DNA of 64,000 bases from Candidatus Omnitrophota bacterium (lineage in GTDB: Bacteria > Omnitrophota > Gorgyraeia > Zapsychrales > Fredricksoniimonadaceae): positions 9,890-73,889 of the forward strand of contig JAUSEK010000011.1 in the NCBI GenBank assembly GCA_030650275.1. The letters run 5' to 3'. A model generated the notes under the pieces. The model did no database searches and was not told the origin of the DNA. It saw only the letters and a program-made list of their open reading frames with translations. The first letter of the stretch is position 1, and each line of letters starts with the position of its first letter. Position numbers and translations under genes: made by a program. Positions 50,783 through 63,495 of the stretch are shown here, piece after piece.

Positions 50783-51772
50783 ATGCCTGAATTGCGCAAA
50801 GATCCCGTTGTCAGCCGCTGGGTCATCATCGCCACCGAACGCGCCCGCCGTCCGGCGGCTTTTGTGGACCCTGTTGAACATACAACGCCCGCCGACACTT
50901 GTCCGTTCTGCAAAGGCGAACAGGCCGAACAGGTTTATGCCTATGACGGGGTGCGCGTGGTCAAAAGCGGCACGCCGTTCTTTAATTCCGCCGCGTCTTT
51001 CGCCCCGCGTGTCCACGGCCTTTATGAGGTTTGCCCCAGTTACGGCGCCCACGAGGTCGTGATCGAAACGCCGCAGCATATCGCTAACATGGCGGACCTG
51101 CCCGTCGAGCAGATCAAGAACGTTTTTGCCACCTACGCGCTGCGCATGCGTCATCATCAGCAGGATGCGGCCGTCAAATACGTCCTTGCTTATAAGAACT
51201 ACGGCCTTGCCGCGGGAAGCCGCGACATCGGCCACACCCGTTCGCAGATCATGGCCGTGCCTGTTTTGCCCATCCGCGTTAAAGACAAGATCATCGGCGC
51301 CAAACGGTATTTTGATTTTCACGAGCGCTGCCTGTTCGAGGACCTTGTCCAGCAGGAACGCAGGGAGAGGGAACGGGTGGTCCTGGAAACGGACAATTTC
51401 ATCGCGTTCACGCCGTTTGCCGCGCGTTTTCCCTTTGAGACCTGGATCGTCCCCAAACGTCATCATTGGGATTTTGCCCAGGGGGTCGCAGGCCTCGAGG
51501 GAGAACTGGCGATGGTCATGAAGATCCTTTTGTTGAAATTCAAAACGGGCCTTCATGACCCCGCGTATAATTTTGTCATCCATTCCGCGCCTTTTGAAGG
51601 CGGGAAGCCGGATTCAGTGAAGTATCCGACGATCTGCGAGGATTACCGCTGGCACATTGAACTGATGCCGCGCTTGACAAGGGTGGCCGGTTTTGAGCGG
51701 GGCACGGGTTTTTACATTTGCCCCATCCCGCCGGAAATGGCCGCGAAATTTTTACGTGAGGTGCAGGCCTGA
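50783..51772 (+). CDS. GalT-like protein, catalytic His apparently replaced
   Basis: MPELRKDP..RWVIIA.ER..RP, CPFC, HEVVIETP.H, GFE.GTG; HxH motif reads HTR. Confidence 0.85.
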   Translation: MPELRKDPVVSRWVIIATERARRPAAFVDPVEHTTPADTCPFCKGEQAEQVYAYDGVRVVKSGTPFFNSAASFAPRVHGLYEVCPSYGAHEVVIETPQHIANMADLPVEQIKNVFATYALRMRHHQQDAAVKYVLAYKNYGLAAGSRDIGHTRSQIMAVPVLPIRVKDKIIGAKRYFDFHERCLFEDLVQQERRERERVVLETDNFIAFTPFAARFPFETWIVPKRHHWDFAQGVAGLEGELAMVMKILLLKFKTGLHDPAYNFVIHSAPFEGGKPDSVKYPTICEDYRWHIELMPRLTRVAGFERGTGFYICPIPPEMAAKFLREVQA

Positions 51773-52773
51773 TGCCGGAATTGCGCAGAGATCCGATCGC
51801 GGGACGCTGGGTGGTCATGGACACCGACCATCCCAAAGGTCCTGGGGATTTTCTCAAGGAGGACAATGCCCCCTGCCGCCAGGCCATTTGTCAATTTTGT
51901 CCGGGCAGGGAGCATTTCACCCCGCCGGAAACAGATGCCCTGCGCCCCGAGCACAGCGGCCCCAACACCCCCGGATGGATGGTGCGCACGGTCCCCAATA
52001 AATTCCCGGCGCTGACCAATGCCGGCGCGGTGGGAAAACAGGGGCAGGGGATGTTTGACGTGATGAGCGGGGTGGGGGTCCATGAGGTCATCATTGAAAC
52101 GCCGGACCACGACAAGGGCCTCGCGGACCTTTCGGCGCAGGAAATGTCCTTTGTCATCAGCCAATACCAGAGCCGTTTGCGGGTGCTGGCCAAAGATCCC
52201 CGCCATAAATATGTCTGTATTTTTAAGAATTTCGGCGCCTCCGCGGGAGCCACCGTTGAGCATGCGCACAGCCAGGCCATCGCCCTGCCCATGGTGCCCA
52301 AGTCCGTTTTGGAGGAGATCAACGGGGCCGAGGGGTATTACGACCGCCGCGGCCGTTGTGTTTTTTGCGATATCATTCATCAGGAATACGAGGACAAGGA
52401 ACGCATCGTCGGCGAGAACAACGCGTTTTTGGCTTTTTGTCCGTATGCCCCGCGTTATGCCTTTGAGACATGGATCATCCCCAAAAGCCATGGCGCAGAT
52501 TTCGCGGACATGGACGCTGGGACGGCCGAAGCGCTGGCCGTCCACCTTCTGGACGTGCTGCGGCGCATCCGCAAGACCTTGTCCAACCCTTCTTATAATT
52601 TCTATCTGCACACATCCCCGGTCCATTATGCCAGGCCGGACTGTTACCACTGGCATATTGAGATCATCCCCAAACTCACCCGCAGTATCGGCTTTGAGTG
52701 GGGGACAGGCCTGCACATCGTCCCCACCGCCCCGCACGACGCTGCTCGTGAATTAAGGGGACACCCACCGTAA
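51772..52773 (+). CDS. galT: Galactose-1-phosphate uridylyltransferase family
   Basis: CQFCPG, PNKFPAL, KN.G..AGA...HAHSQ, HWH.EI.P, GFEWGTG. Confidence 0.9.
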   Translation: MPELRRDPIAGRWVVMDTDHPKGPGDFLKEDNAPCRQAICQFCPGREHFTPPETDALRPEHSGPNTPGWMVRTVPNKFPALTNAGAVGKQGQGMFDVMSGVGVHEVIIETPDHDKGLADLSAQEMSFVISQYQSRLRVLAKDPRHKYVCIFKNFGASAGATVEHAHSQAIALPMVPKSVLEEINGAEGYYDRRGRCVFCDIIHQEYEDKERIVGENNAFLAFCPYAPRYAFETWIIPKSHGADFADMDAGTAEALAVHLLDVLRRIRKTLSNPSYNFYLHTSPVHYARPDCYHWHIEIIPKLTRSIGFEWGTGLHIVPTAPHDAARELRGHPP

Positions 52774-52805
52774 CCCGAATTAATTAAGGTTACGGTGGAT
52801 GTTCC
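52757..52805. repeat. RAYT-associated REP doublet 1
   Basis: GGGGACACCCACCGTAACC-CGAATTAATTAA-GGTTACGGTGGATGTTCC; contains the galT stop. Confidence 0.92.
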
Positions 52806-52954
52806 AATAATTGACTTATTAAGTCCGCGATGATACAGTAGTGCTGTTAAGCAGTCTTCCGGTTCCCCGCTGGAACGCAGTTTGTACAAACTCCCCGCAT
52901 AGATGATCGTTGCATCCATTTCTATTCATTTTTAATCTTTTCAAGGGGTATTCC

Positions 52955-53515
52955 ATGCAAAAACGAGGCGTTAAGAAGAACTCTGTAGCGGTTGAGATCA
53001 TCCAGAGCAAGATCTGCTTGGTTCGTGGGCATAAGGTCATGCTTGATAAAGACCTGGCGGAAATGTACGGCGTGTCTACCAGGCGGTTAAAAGAGCAGGT
53101 CCGCAGGAATCTTAAGCGATTTCCGGAGGATTTTATGTTTGAGCTGACTTGGGATGAGGCGATGTTTTCAAGGTCGCAATTTGCGACCTTGAATCAAGGG
53201 CGGAATATCAAGTATTTGCCATACGCTTTTACAGAGCAGGGCGTTGCCATGCTGTCCAGCGTGCTGAATAGCGACAGGGCCATCGAGGTCAATATTCAGA
53301 TCATGCGGGTTTTTGTAAGGTTGAAAGAGTTGATAATGTCCCGTAAAGACCTGGCCCGCAAGATCGTAGACCTGGAGAGGAAATTCGGTGAGCATGACGC
53401 AAAGATCATCCACATATTTGATGCGATCCGGCAGTTGATGGCCGTGCCTGACAGGCGGGACGGTTATAAAAGGACAAAAATAGGTTTTATTGTGGACCGC
53501 TCTACACCGGCGTGA
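52955..53515 (+). CDS. ORF6N (KilA-N-like) DNA-binding domain protein
   Basis: RG.KVMLD.DLA..YGV, V.RN..RFP.DFMF.L, PYAFTEQGVAMLS.VL.S..A..VNI.IMR.FV. Confidence 0.92.
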   Translation: MQKRGVKKNSVAVEIIQSKICLVRGHKVMLDKDLAEMYGVSTRRLKEQVRRNLKRFPEDFMFELTWDEAMFSRSQFATLNQGRNIKYLPYAFTEQGVAMLSSVLNSDRAIEVNIQIMRVFVRLKELIMSRKDLARKIVDLERKFGEHDAKIIHIFDAIRQLMAVPDRRDGYKRTKIGFIVDRSTPA

Positions 53516-53525
53516 GAGTAGTTCT

Positions 53526-53575
53526 GGGGACACCCACCGTAACCCGAACTAATTAAGGTTATGGTGGGTGTCCCC
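53526..53575. repeat. RAYT-associated REP doublet 2
   Basis: GGGGACACCCACCGTAACC-CGAACTAATTAA-GGTTATGGTGGGTGTCCCC. Confidence 0.92.
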
Positions 53576-53605
53576 GTAATTGCCAACCATTTACAAGGGG
53601 GATTT

Positions 53606-54280
53606 ATGTCCAGAATCGCGCGCATTGAAATCATCGGATATCCTTATCACGTTGTCCAGCGGGGCAATCGCAACCAGAAAGTTTTTATTAAAGGCGGCGA
53701 TAAAGCCAGGTATCTGCATATTTTAAAAGTTCAGGCGGATCTGTTCGGTGTGGATATTTGGGCGTATTGTTTGATGGACAATCACGTGCATTTGATCGTC
53801 ATGCCCAAGCAAAAGGGGGCTTTGACGGAATGCATCAGTGAAACGCACCGGTCGTATACGCGCATGGTCAACTTCCGTGAAGATTGGCGGGGCCATTTGT
53901 GGCAGGGAAGGTTTAGGAGTTATCCGATGGACGCAAGATATTTATGGGCAGCGGTGCGGTATGTGGAACGCAATCCCGTAAGGGCCGGCATCGTTGATAA
54001 AGCCGAAGATTATTCTTGGTCGAGTGCGAAGGCCCATGTTAAGCGACAGAAGGATGAGGTATTAAACCATTTTTATTTATTGGATGAGATCAGAGATTGG
54101 GGATCGTATTTATCAGAAGCCGATGAACAGAAAAGTCTGAAATCTTTGGAGACGCATCAGCGAACAGGAAGGCCGTTGGGAGATAAAGCGTTCGTTGATG
54201 ATCTGGAAATAAGAACCGGTCGAGTCTTGGCTAAGAGAAAACCAGGACCAGCAATTAAGGTTACGGTGGGTGTCCCCTAA
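53606..54280 (+). mobile_element. HUH Y1 transposase, REP-associated (RAYT/TnpA-REP-like)
   Basis: YHVVQRGN, YCLMDNHVH (HUH), WQGRF, RYVERNPVRAG, YSWSS; flanked by palindromes. Confidence 0.9.
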
Positions 54281-54292
54281 TCTCCCCTAATC
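54253..54292. repeat. RAYT-associated REP right arm with 10-nt tandem duplication
   Basis: AATTAAGGTTACGGTGGGTG then TCCCCTAATC twice; contains the transposase stop. Confidence 0.9.
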
Positions 54293-54294
54293 TC

Positions 54295-54322
54295 TTGACA
54301 AAATTTTGCAGTTGGATATTAT
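54295..54322 (+). promoter_or_regulatory. Sigma70 promoter of gap-metE
   Basis: TTGACA-N16-TATTAT. Confidence 0.55.
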
Positions 54323-54345
54323 TGTAAGGTTTCTTAACACCATAA

Positions 54346-57727
<3,382 letters not shown>

Positions 57728-57731
<4 letters not shown>

Positions 57732-58099
57732 CGGCCAATAAGGACAAGAGTTATGTGTGGCACAAACAGTCGTTCGCTCCCGACTGCGCAACGATAGACT
57801 GTTCTGTTCATGACCCGTATAAGGATTTTCATAGGGACCCGTCTGGTTTTTACGCGCTCATCCGTCCGGATTTTACAGCGATGAAGATCGAGGTCGCTGT
57901 TTGCAACGCAAAGCATGTGATCGTCAAGATTTTTCGCGGTTCGAAAGTGCAGGACCTGTACGAGGGCATTTTCCGGTACGAAAAGAAACACCGGCTGGCG
58001 TGGTTTAAGGACAAAGGCCATTGCGCTTATTTAGGGAAGGAATTAAAGAAAGCGGAACTGGCTTTGGCGTTGGGTCAAAATAACTATTTCCAAGAATGA
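57728..58099 (+). CDS. DUF4346 domain protein
   Basis: DP.G.Y..I, H.AYLG.EL.KAE.AL..G...Y.QE. Confidence 0.78.
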
Positions 58100-58122
58100 C
58101 CCGGTCTGCTATAATAAAAAAT

Positions 58123-58620
58123 ATGTTGGCATTCTTACTTGTCTTTTTGGGGGTTGCTTCGCGTTTGGCCGTGCATACGCCGCAGTTCACTGCCATTTTG
58201 GCGGTGGCCATGTTCGGCGGCATGTATTTATCGCGCCGTCAGGCCCTGATCGTTCCCGTCGCGCTGATGATCATCACCGACGCGGTCCTTGGATTTCACG
58301 ACACCATGGTTTTTACGTGGGGGGGCATGCTGGCCATCAGCGCCATCGGCGTGTGGCTGAAAGACCATAAAAGTTTTGGTACGGTCTTTGCCGGCAGTAT
58401 TTTATCCGCGGTGGTATTTTTCATCGTGACGAATTTCGGCGCGTGGCTCTCGCCGCTGTATCCGCATACTTGGGCGGGCCTGCGCGAATGTTACATTTTG
58501 GCCATCCCGTTCTTTAGAAGTACACTGGCTTCAACAGTGGCGTACAGTATGGTGTTGTACGCCGGTTATGAGTGGGCTTTCAAACGCAGTCAGGGCACAG
58601 CCCTGGCGCGGCTGTTCTAG
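58123..58620 (+). CDS. Small membrane protein, DUF6580-like (possible vitamin transporter S-component)
   Basis: SRL..H.P.FT...A.A.FGG, FF..TNF..W, Y..T..GL..CY..AIPFF; start chosen from -10 box spacing (alternative 58096). Confidence 0.7.
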   Translation: MLAFLLVFLGVASRLAVHTPQFTAILAVAMFGGMYLSRRQALIVPVALMIITDAVLGFHDTMVFTWGGMLAISAIGVWLKDHKSFGTVFAGSILSAVVFFIVTNFGAWLSPLYPHTWAGLRECYILAIPFFRSTLASTVAYSMVLYAGYEWAFKRSQGTALARLF

Positions 58621-58628
58621 AAAATAGC

Positions 58629-58755
58629 ATACCTGTCAGGGAAATCCCGTGCGAACCGGGAACAGTCCCGCTGCGGTGATTTCGCCCATGAGGGGCGGAC
58701 TAGTCCGAACACTTGACGGTATTTAAAGCGATTACCCGCGAGAGACGGGGGTAAG
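58629..58755 (+). promoter_or_regulatory. Cobalamin riboswitch
   Basis: AGGGAA-tcccgTGcgAAccgggA-CaGtCCcGC-GCGGTGA core, AGTCcG..CAC B12-box variant, P1 CTGTCAG/TTGACGG, downstream P13 hairpin; upstream of TonB receptor. Confidence 0.85.
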
Positions 58756-58784
58756 AGCGCCATATATTGAGTTGGTCACAGGGA

Positions 58785-58824
58785 GACCCTCGATCGTTTT
58801 GTTACGGTCGAGGGTTATTTTATT
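58785..58824 (+). terminator. Riboswitch expression-platform terminator
   Basis: ACCCTCGATCG/CGGTCGAGGGT stem followed by TATTTTATT. Confidence 0.6.
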
Positions 58825-58850
58825 GTAGGGGCGGGGAACCCCGCCCCTAC
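58825..58850 (+). repeat. GTAG-type REP palindrome in btuB leader
   Basis: GTAGGGGCGGGG-AA-CCCCGCCCCTAC, perfect 12-bp stem abutting SD AAGGAG. Confidence 0.8.
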
Positions 58851-58863
58851 GTAAGGAGATGAT

Positions 58864-60846
58864 ATGTATTGGATGGTTTGTATGTTGTGTTTATTGTTTT
58901 CCACCAACGCTTACGCTGATATGGTTGATCTGGATAAGATCGTCGTCATCTCCAGCCGCCTGGCCCAAAATGATTACAAATTGTCTTCTGACGTCACAGT
59001 CATTGACCAAGACACGATCGAAGCGTCCAACGCCAGCACGGTCGCCCAGATCCTGTCACAACAATTGGGCGTCAATATTTATGATAACGGGACCGTCAAG
59101 ACAGCCACTATTGATATCCGGGGATTCGGCGATACGGCCAGCCGCAATGTGCTGGTGCTGGTCAATGACCGCAAGGTGAACCCGGTGGATATTTCCGGGC
59201 CGGACTTGCTGCAGATCCCTTTGGATTCCGTCCAGCGCATTGAGATCGTCCGGGGTTTTGGGACCGTCCTCTATGGAGACAATGCTGTCGGCGGGGTGGT
59301 CAACATCATTACGAAAGAGGGTCAAGGAAAATTATCCGGTAAGATCAGCGGCACCTATGGCAGCTATGACAGCAGAGGCACCAGCGCCGAAGTTTCCGGC
59401 AGTACCAAACATATATCGTATTATGCCTATTCGGATTATGATGACCAGCACGGGTACCGCCAGAACAGCGATGTGTTGAGTAAGAATTTTCAGACACGTT
59501 TAAGTTCCAAGGTTTCAGATTGGTTTAAAATCGGGGTGGATGCGACATGGCATCAGGACGCGTATGGCCTTCCCGGAGGGCTTAGCGGCGCCCAACTGGA
59601 ACAATACGGCCGGCGCGGCACCCGGAATCCTTCCGACAAGGCGTCCACCAAAGATCGGTCCGTCCAGACCACGTTTGATATAAGCCCCTTGAATGAAGAT
59701 CTGGGCCATTTGGTCATGGATGTTTCCTACCGCGACCGGGACACCTATGCGGACTTTCAAAGCCAGGGCACAGACACCAAGCGCGACAGCAATACAACCG
59801 GCATCACCGGAAAATATATTTTTGACAAGACGATCTTTGACCATGAGGTGAACCTGGTCACCGGATTTGATCATTACAATACGGACCAGGACATCCTGGG
59901 CGGCGGTTTTAGTTCCGATGACATCACCATTTCCAAAAGGGAATACGGGGCCTATATATCCAGTGAGTTTGAAATAGGGAACCACGTATTTTTGACGGGT
60001 GGTACCCGGTATCAAAAAGCATACTATACGTTCAATCAAAAGAACGCGCCGCAAAGTTATCAGAAACAAGCGCCGGACAAACAGGCCTCCATGGTCGGTT
60101 TAAAATACGAATATGCCAAGGGTTCCAATATGTTTGCCAATATGCAGCAGAGTTTTCGTTTTTTGGCGACCGATGAATGGTATAGCACGTTCACGGGATT
60201 GAACACCGGCCTTAAACAACAGACCGGTACACAGTATGAAGCCGGGATCAAGCATAACTTTAAAGACGCGGTGACCGTTCATGTGACGCCGTACATCACA
60301 AAGTTAAGGAACGAGATCTTTGTAGATCCGACGGCCGGAGGGGGTTTTGGCGACAACAGCAATTATGACCGCACCTTGCGGCGCGGCATTGAAATAGGCC
60401 AGACCACCGATGTGTTGAAATTCCTGCCGGAGCTGGCGCATGTCAACACGATCGGCTTGTCCACCAGCTATAATTATCAAGACGCGGAATTTGACGGCGG
60501 GGCCTTTGACGGCCACCGGATCCCCATGGTGGCCAAAAACCAGGCCAATGCGGTGTTGACGTTAGGGATGTTTGACCATTACAGCGCGTCCCTGATCGGC
60601 ACCTATGTGGGATCGAGATTTGCCATCAATGATACGAATAATACCACGCCTGCGCTCAAACAGTATTTTACATTAGACGGCAAATTGACCTGCAACCGTG
60701 ACCCGCTGGAGATCTTTTTTGCGGTGAACAATATTTTTGAACAGAAGTATTTTTCCACCGCCGTGAAATCCACCAATTCCAATAATAAGGATTTCTTTCC
60801 GGCGCCGGAACGCAGTTTCACGGTGGGGATGAGCGTAAAGTTTTAG
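58864..60846 (+). CDS. btuB: TonB-dependent receptor, likely cobalamin
   Basis: Signal peptide, plug (IDIRGFG, RIEIVRG...LYG.NA.GGV.NIITK), C-terminal Phe; under B12 riboswitch. Confidence 0.85.
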   Translation: MYWMVCMLCLLFSTNAYADMVDLDKIVVISSRLAQNDYKLSSDVTVIDQDTIEASNASTVAQILSQQLGVNIYDNGTVKTATIDIRGFGDTASRNVLVLVNDRKVNPVDISGPDLLQIPLDSVQRIEIVRGFGTVLYGDNAVGGVVNIITKEGQGKLSGKISGTYGSYDSRGTSAEVSGSTKHISYYAYSDYDDQHGYRQNSDVLSKNFQTRLSSKVSDWFKIGVDATWHQDAYGLPGGLSGAQLEQYGRRGTRNPSDKASTKDRSVQTTFDISPLNEDLGHLVMDVSYRDRDTYADFQSQGTDTKRDSNTTGITGKYIFDKTIFDHEVNLVTGFDHYNTDQDILGGGFSSDDITISKREYGAYISSEFEIGNHVFLTGGTRYQKAYYTFNQKNAPQSYQKQAPDKQASMVGLKYEYAKGSNMFANMQQSFRFLATDEWYSTFTGLNTGLKQQTGTQYEAGIKHNFKDAVTVHVTPYITKLRNEIFVDPTAGGGFGDNSNYDRTLRRGIEIGQTTDVLKFLPELAHVNTIGLSTSYNYQDAEFDGGAFDGHRIPMVAKNQANAVLTLGMFDHYSASLIGTYVGSRFAINDTNNTTPALKQYFTLDGKLTCNRDPLEIFFAVNNIFEQKYFSTAVKSTNSNNKDFFPAPERSFTVGMSVKF

Positions 60847-61697
60847 CGAGAGATCTCTTTGAGAATAATGTCCGTGGGGGACAGTTTGTTAAGGGTATAA
60901 AAATGCAGGCCGGGGGCCCCGCCCTTCAGGAGTTCCCGGCATTGCGCGACGGTAAATTCGATCCCCGCTTCCAAAGTTTTCTGAGGGTCGTCCGCGAGGG
61001 GCTTAAAAATTTTATGGACCTGAGCCGGGATGGAAGCTCCGCAAAGTAAGCAAAATCTCACCAAAGCCTGATAATCCGTAATAGGTAAAATTCCGGGAAT
61101 AACGGGTTTGTTGACCCCTAACTTTTTTAGACGCGCGATATAATCAAAATAGTCCTGATTATTAAAAAAAAGTTGGGTGATGACATAATCCGCCCCCGCA
61201 TCGATCTTAGTTTTGAGATGTTGCGCGTCCATTTCGCGATTGAGGGCTAATATATGCCCCTCGGGAAACCCCGCCACGCCGATCGTGAAATGATTGCCGA
61301 AATGCTTGCGGATAAAAGCGACCAGGTCACTGCTGTAGCGGAAATTGTCCGGCCCCGCCTTCCAGTCCGGGTTTTCTTTGGGGGGGTCCCCGCGCAAAGC
61401 CAGCACGCGGCTGATCCCGCGGCGCTTCATGTCTTGCAATATGGCCTTGATCTCGTCTCTGGTATGCAGGACACAGGTCAAATGCGCCACCGCGGCCACA
61501 CCATGGGTTTTTTGGATATGCTCAACGATATCCAGCGTCTTGTCCCGGCTCCCGCCGCCGGCACCGTAGGTGCAGGAGATAAAATCGGGCTTAAGGGCGC
61601 ACAATTGCGCGATGGTCGCCAGCAGTTTTTCGTATCCCTCCGGCGTTTTGGGAGGGAAGAGCTCAAAAGAGATCATGGATGCCCGTTGGTTGGTCAT
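60843..61697 (-). CDS. metF: 5,10-methylenetetrahydrofolate reductase
   Basis: SFELFPPK, TYGAGG, HLTC, LALRGDPP, ITQLFF, LHFYTLN. Confidence 0.97.
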   Translation of the reverse strand: MTNQRASMISFELFPPKTPEGYEKLLATIAQLCALKPDFISCTYGAGGGSRDKTLDIVEHIQKTHGVAAVAHLTCVLHTRDEIKAILQDMKRRGISRVLALRGDPPKENPDWKAGPDNFRYSSDLVAFIRKHFGNHFTIGVAGFPEGHILALNREMDAQHLKTKIDAGADYVITQLFFNNQDYFDYIARLKKLGVNKPVIPGILPITDYQALVRFCLLCGASIPAQVHKIFKPLADDPQKTLEAGIEFTVAQCRELLKGGAPGLHFYTLNKLSPTDIILKEISR

Positions 61698-61700
61698 TTT

Positions 61701-62435
61701 TTACCGGTATACGCCCTGCAAGATATTCCATTTTATTTTTAACAGCCCGGCCAGTGAGGTGAAGACGTTCCTCATGGGCCGCACGGCGGAGTCATGGTGA
61801 TGGTTCCAAGTCACGGGTATTTCACCGATGCGCAAATCATGGATGAGCGCGATCGCAATGAGATCCGTATCAAACGCCCAGTTCAAGATCTGTTGTTTTT
61901 TAAAAATAATGTCCGCTGCCTTCCGGTTGAACATCTTAAAACCGCAGGTAAAGTCCTTGATCTTTTTTCCGACACACCAGCGGGACAAAACGATAAAGCC
62001 CTTGCCCAAAAATCGTCTGTGCCAGGGTTGTTTGACCGTATGATCACCGGGCCTGGATTTGCGGTCCCCGATGATCATATCGTAGTCATCCTGACGCATG
62101 GCTTCAAGGAATTTGTCCATGGCATCCAGCGACGTGGACAGGTCCGCGTCCATGAACAACCTGTATCGGCCCGCGGCATGGAGCATCCCGTGGCGGACCG
62201 CAAAACCTTTGCCGCGGTTTTTTTCATAAGAAAGGACCTTGATACGGCTGCCGGCGCATTCCTGCATCCTGGATAAAGTGCTATCGACGGAGCCGTCATT
62301 GACGAGGATGATCTCATAGTTCAAACGCATGGCATCGCATTTTTGTTCAACCGCGCGGGTGTTGTCCCGGACCCTTTTTTCTTCATTGAAGGCGGGGATA
62401 ATGACCGAAAGGAAAATATCGTTGGCGTTGAACAT
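61701..62435 (-). CDS. Polyprenyl-phosphate glycosyltransferase (GT2, ALG5/DPM1-like)
   Basis: SVIIPAFNEE, VNDGS.D, NRGKG.AV, FMDAD, D..CGFK. Confidence 0.9.
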   Translation of the reverse strand: MFNANDIFLSVIIPAFNEEKRVRDNTRAVEQKCDAMRLNYEIILVNDGSVDSTLSRMQECAGSRIKVLSYEKNRGKGFAVRHGMLHAAGRYRLFMDADLSTSLDAMDKFLEAMRQDDYDMIIGDRKSRPGDHTVKQPWHRRFLGKGFIVLSRWCVGKKIKDFTCGFKMFNRKAADIIFKKQQILNWAFDTDLIAIALIHDLRIGEIPVTWNHHHDSAVRPMRNVFTSLAGLLKIKWNILQGVYR

Positions 62436-62444
62436 GACAGATAT

Positions 62445-62496
62445 ATGCTACCTTGGTATTTTTTAGGTTGCAATGCCAAATGATATCTTTTATGAT
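62445..62496. promoter_or_regulatory. Divergent promoters sharing one palindromic -35 box
   Basis: TTGCAA (62468-62473) with TATGAT 17 nt away on + and TAGCAT 17 nt away on -. Confidence 0.55.
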
Positions 62497-62502
62497 ACGC
62501 AC

Positions 62503-63495
62503 ATGAAGAACAAGCCCACCAGTTACGGGCGGATGCCCGGCATTCCCGACGGGAAAGATTTGAAAAGAAAACTTCTTCGCGGAATGCTCCGTTTGCGGCT
62601 GATCGAGGAGAGGTTGTCGGCCATTTACCATCAGGCAGATGAGATCAAGACGCCCATGCACCTTTACACGGGGCAGGAGGCCGTTGCCGTGGGAGTTTGT
62701 GCCGCTTTGAGACCAAGCGATACGGTTTCTCCCTATCATCGTTCGCACGGCTGGTATATCGCCAAGGGCGGGGATCTCAACGCGATGATGGCGGAGTTGA
62801 TGGGCAAAGAAGCCGGGTGTTCCGGGGGCTGGGGGGGATCCATGCATCTTTTGGATACGGCGGCCGGAGTGATGGGTTCATCGTCCATTCTCGCAGCGAC
62901 GGTCCCTCATGCCGTAGGCGCGGCATTGGCATTTCAGATGAAAGGCGAAGACAGGGTTGCGGTTGCCCCGGCCGGAGATGCGGCGATCGAGGAAGGCGTT
63001 TTTCATGAGAGCTTGAACTGGGCTTCCTTCAAAAAACTTCCTGTTATTTTTGTTTGCGAAAATAATCTTTATTCCACGACGACGCCTCTGAGCGCCCGTC
63101 AGCCCCGCGTCGATATCTATAAGCGTGCCGAGGCCTATGGCATGCCGGGTCATCGTTGCGACGGTAATGATGTGGGGGGTGTTTACGCCAAAGCCGTAGA
63201 GGCCGTTCATCGGGCAAGACGCAAAGAAGGACCGAGTTTGATCGAAGTCATGACTTATCGCTGGCGTGAACATGTGGGACCTCATTATGATTGGGACGCC
63301 GGTTACCGGACAAAACAAGAGGTAGAGGAGTGGATGGAACATTGCCCTATCCGTGCATTGGCTGCGGAATTCCCGGCGCAGGAAGTGCAGCTCTTGAGAG
63401 ATGAATTTGAAAAAGAAATTGACGAGTCCCTTGCTTTTGCCCGCCAAGCGGCATTCCCCCGCAAGGAAACGATCAAGGAAAGTATCAGGGTATGA
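62503..63495 (+). CDS. ThDP-dependent dehydrogenase E1 alpha subunit
   Basis: HLYTGQEAVA, HRSHG, GGSMH, GDAA.EEG.FHE..N...ENN, TYRWREH. Confidence 0.92.
   Translation: MKNKPTSYGRMPGIPDGKDLKRKLLRGMLRLRLIEERLSAIYHQADEIKTPMHLYTGQEAVAVGVCAALRPSDTVSPYHRSHGWYIAKGGDLNAMMAELMGKEAGCSGGWGGSMHLLDTAAGVMGSSSILAATVPHAVGAALAFQMKGEDRVAVAPAGDAAIEEGVFHESLNWASFKKLPVIFVCENNLYSTTTPLSARQPRVDIYKRAEAYGMPGHRCDGNDVGGVYAKAVEAVHRARRKEGPSLIEVMTYRWREHVGPHYDWDAGYRTKQEVEEWMEHCPIRALAAEFPAQEVQLLRDEFEKEIDESLAFARQAAFPRKETIKESIRV

Noticed and set aside
52813-52950. Possible ncRNA upstream of ORF6N
   Set aside because: Only short weak stems; adequately explained as promoter and leader
52757-54277. Repeats as a CRISPR array
   Set aside because: Only 2.5 units, separated by whole genes of ~700 nt; no cas genes in the window
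53606-54280. Ordinary IS200/IS605 insertion sequence
   Set aside because: Protein is longer than IS200 TnpA, has the NPVRAG/YxWSS extension, has no tnpB, and is flanked by multi-copy palindromes
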